Made by a program: the position numbers and the translations under genes. A stretch of DNA of 27,132 nucleotides from Elusimicrobiota bacterium (GTDB lineage Bacteria > CG03 > SLGR01 > JBDRKX01): assembly GCA_043813605.1 (NCBI GenBank), contig JBDRKX010000070.1, positions 1 to 27,132 on the forward strand, given 5' to 3'. Shown piece by piece: positions 26,049 through 27,132 of this stretch (within the stretch, counting starts at the first letter, position 1; the number at the start of each line of letters is the position of its first letter). The notes beneath the pieces are model-generated. The model had not been told where the DNA came from. It was given only the letters and a program-made list of their open reading frames with translations, and did not search any database.

Positions 26049-26635
26049 TGAGCGGTCAGAAATTTTTTGCGCATCCGACAGCCGCAATAGATGAAGGGTG
26101 TGATAGAAACATAGGAGAAGGAACGAAAATATGGAATAACAGCCATATAATGAACGGGGCAAAGATCGGAAAAAACTGCAATATAGGTCAAAATGTATTC
26201 ATAGGCCGAAAAGCGGTAATAGGAAACGGTGTCAAGATACAGAACAATGTATCCGTTTATGACGATGTAACAGTTGAAGATGACTGTTTCCTGGGGCCTT
26301 CAATGGTGTTTACAAATGTTATCAATCCAAGGGCATTTCTGGAAAGAAAACACGAGTATATGGCCACTCTGGTAAAAAAAGGCGCCAGTATAGGCGCAAA
26401 TGCAACAGTAGTATGTGGTGTGACACTGGGAGAATATTCATTTATCGGTGCCGGCAGCGTTGTGACAAAAGATGTCGGACCTTACTGGTTGGTATACGGT
26501 AATCCTGCGAAACATAAGGGTTTTGTGTGTATTTGCGCCAATAAACTCGATTTCAGCGGTAATTCAGCTGCATGTACATGCGGCCGCAATTATATTATAA
26601 ATTCTTCAGAAGAAATATCCGCTGTATCAGATTGA
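26048..26635 (+). CDS. WbpD/WlbB-like hexapeptide-repeat sugar N-acetyltransferase
   Basis: F.HPTA.ID, IGEGTKIW..SHI, IGKNCNIGQNV, VKIQNNVSVY, FLGPSMVFTNVINPR, GASIGANAT, GAGSVVTKDV, GNPA and C-terminal C.C...C..C. Confidence 0.9.
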   Translation: MSGQKFFAHPTAAIDEGCDRNIGEGTKIWNNSHIMNGAKIGKNCNIGQNVFIGRKAVIGNGVKIQNNVSVYDDVTVEDDCFLGPSMVFTNVINPRAFLERKHEYMATLVKKGASIGANATVVCGVTLGEYSFIGAGSVVTKDVGPYWLVYGNPAKHKGFVCICANKLDFSGNSAACTCGRNYIINSSEEISAVSD

Positions 26636-26637
26636 TA

Positions 26638-26666
26638 TTGAAAACACAGTAACATTGTGTTATAAT
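26638..26666 (+). promoter_or_regulatory. Sigma70-type promoter with extended -10 for the GbsR-like gene
   Basis: TTGAAA (26638-26643), 17 bp, TATAAT (26661-26666) preceded by TGn. Confidence 0.7.
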
Positions 26667-26668
26667 AC

Positions 26669-26686
26669 GTTTAGAACGTACTGAAC
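26669..26686. promoter_or_regulatory. Imperfect palindrome, candidate autoregulatory operator
   Basis: GTTTAGAACGTACTGAAC is self-complementary at 14 of 18 positions. It lies between the -10 box and the ATG at 26690. Confidence 0.5.
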
Positions 26687-26689
26687 ATA

Positions 26690-27132
26690 ATGAACAATAA
26701 CAATATACAACTTGAGTTTGCCAAAATAGCCGGAATGCTGGCTTCAAGATTCAGTTTGAGTTCCACTGTAGGCCAGATCTACGGCCTTTTATTCATGTCT
26801 CCAGAACCTGTTTCGCTTAATGAAATGGTAGAAAAACTCGGAATAAGCAAAGGTTCAGCGTCAACTAATGTAAGAATACTTGAATCCTGGGGCGCTGTGA
26901 GAAAGGTTTGGGTAGATAACACAAGAAAAGATTATTATGAAGCAAATTTTGACATATTGAGTATAGTAAAATCCCGGCTTAAGGAAGGCATAAAAAAACG
27001 AGTATCTAACATTACTGAGAATATTTCAGTTATAAAAAATAAAATAGAAACAAAAGATCGCCAATTAGAACTAGATATGTTTTATAAAAAACAACTTGAG
27101 AATATTGAAGAAATAAGTGAGCGGCTTAAATG
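26690..27132 (+). CDS. GbsR/MarR-type winged-helix transcriptional regulator (3' truncated by the window; not in the ORF track)
   Basis: Manual translation: MNNNNIQLEFAKIAGMLASRFSLSSTVGQIYGLLFMSPEPVSLNEMVEKLGISKGSASTNVRILESWGAVRKVWVDNTRKDYYEA. GQIYGLLF, SKGSAS..VR.L..WG.V and RKDYYEA are typical of the GbsR family. Confidence 0.88.
   Translation, partial: MNNNNIQLEFAKIAGMLASRFSLSSTVGQIYGLLFMSPEPVSLNEMVEKLGISKGSASTNVRILESWGAVRKVWVDNTRKDYYEANFDILSIVKSRLKEGIKKRVSNITENISVIKNKIETKDRQLELDMFYKKQLENIEEISERLK

Noticed and set aside
314..26191. The many minus-strand ORFs of 60-209 aa in the ORF track (e.g. 17906..18466, 25562..26191, 1272..1712)
   Set aside because: All lie antisense to well-supported + strand genes, carry no recognisable motifs and have the F/S/I-rich composition of shadow frames.
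1..27132. CRISPR arrays, tRNA/rRNA genes, cobalamin or SAM riboswitches
   Set aside because: No regularly spaced repeats or recognisable RNA consensus were seen in the intergenic regions by eye. An Infernal/Rfam scan of 8666-9167, 10738-11070 and 16870-17063 would be needed to exclude them.

Overview
AT-rich bacterial window with essentially all real genes on the + strand, in three blocks. (1) 1-15.1 kb: the downstream part of an unusually radical-SAM-dense cluster with eight radical SAM genes: four cobalamin-binding class-B type (one cut by the window edge), one TRAM-less methylthiotransferase-like, one HemN-like class C, one SPASM-type and one resembling the tetraether synthase (Tes/GDGT-MAS) family. 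It also has a fold-III PLP decarboxylase and a PaaK/CapK-type adenylate-forming enzyme, and is interrupted by a probable IS remnant at about 8.8-9.0 kb. No precursor peptide, carrier protein, PKS/NRPS or transporter is visible, so the product is unknown. (2) 15.3-21.7 kb: a GAF/HD-GYP protein with a degenerate HD motif, followed by a type IV pilus pilMNOPQ operon. (3) 21.7-27.1 kb: a tightly coupled sulfate-activation module (sat, DHH phosphoesterase, alkaline-phosphatase-superfamily enzyme, cysC, small protein ending in 'LxxLGY') with no recognisable sulfotransferase or PAPS reductase. It is followed by a WbpD-like sugar N-acetyltransferase and a partial GbsR/MarR-type regulator that the ORF track missed. 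All calls come from motif recognition by eye; no database searches were run.
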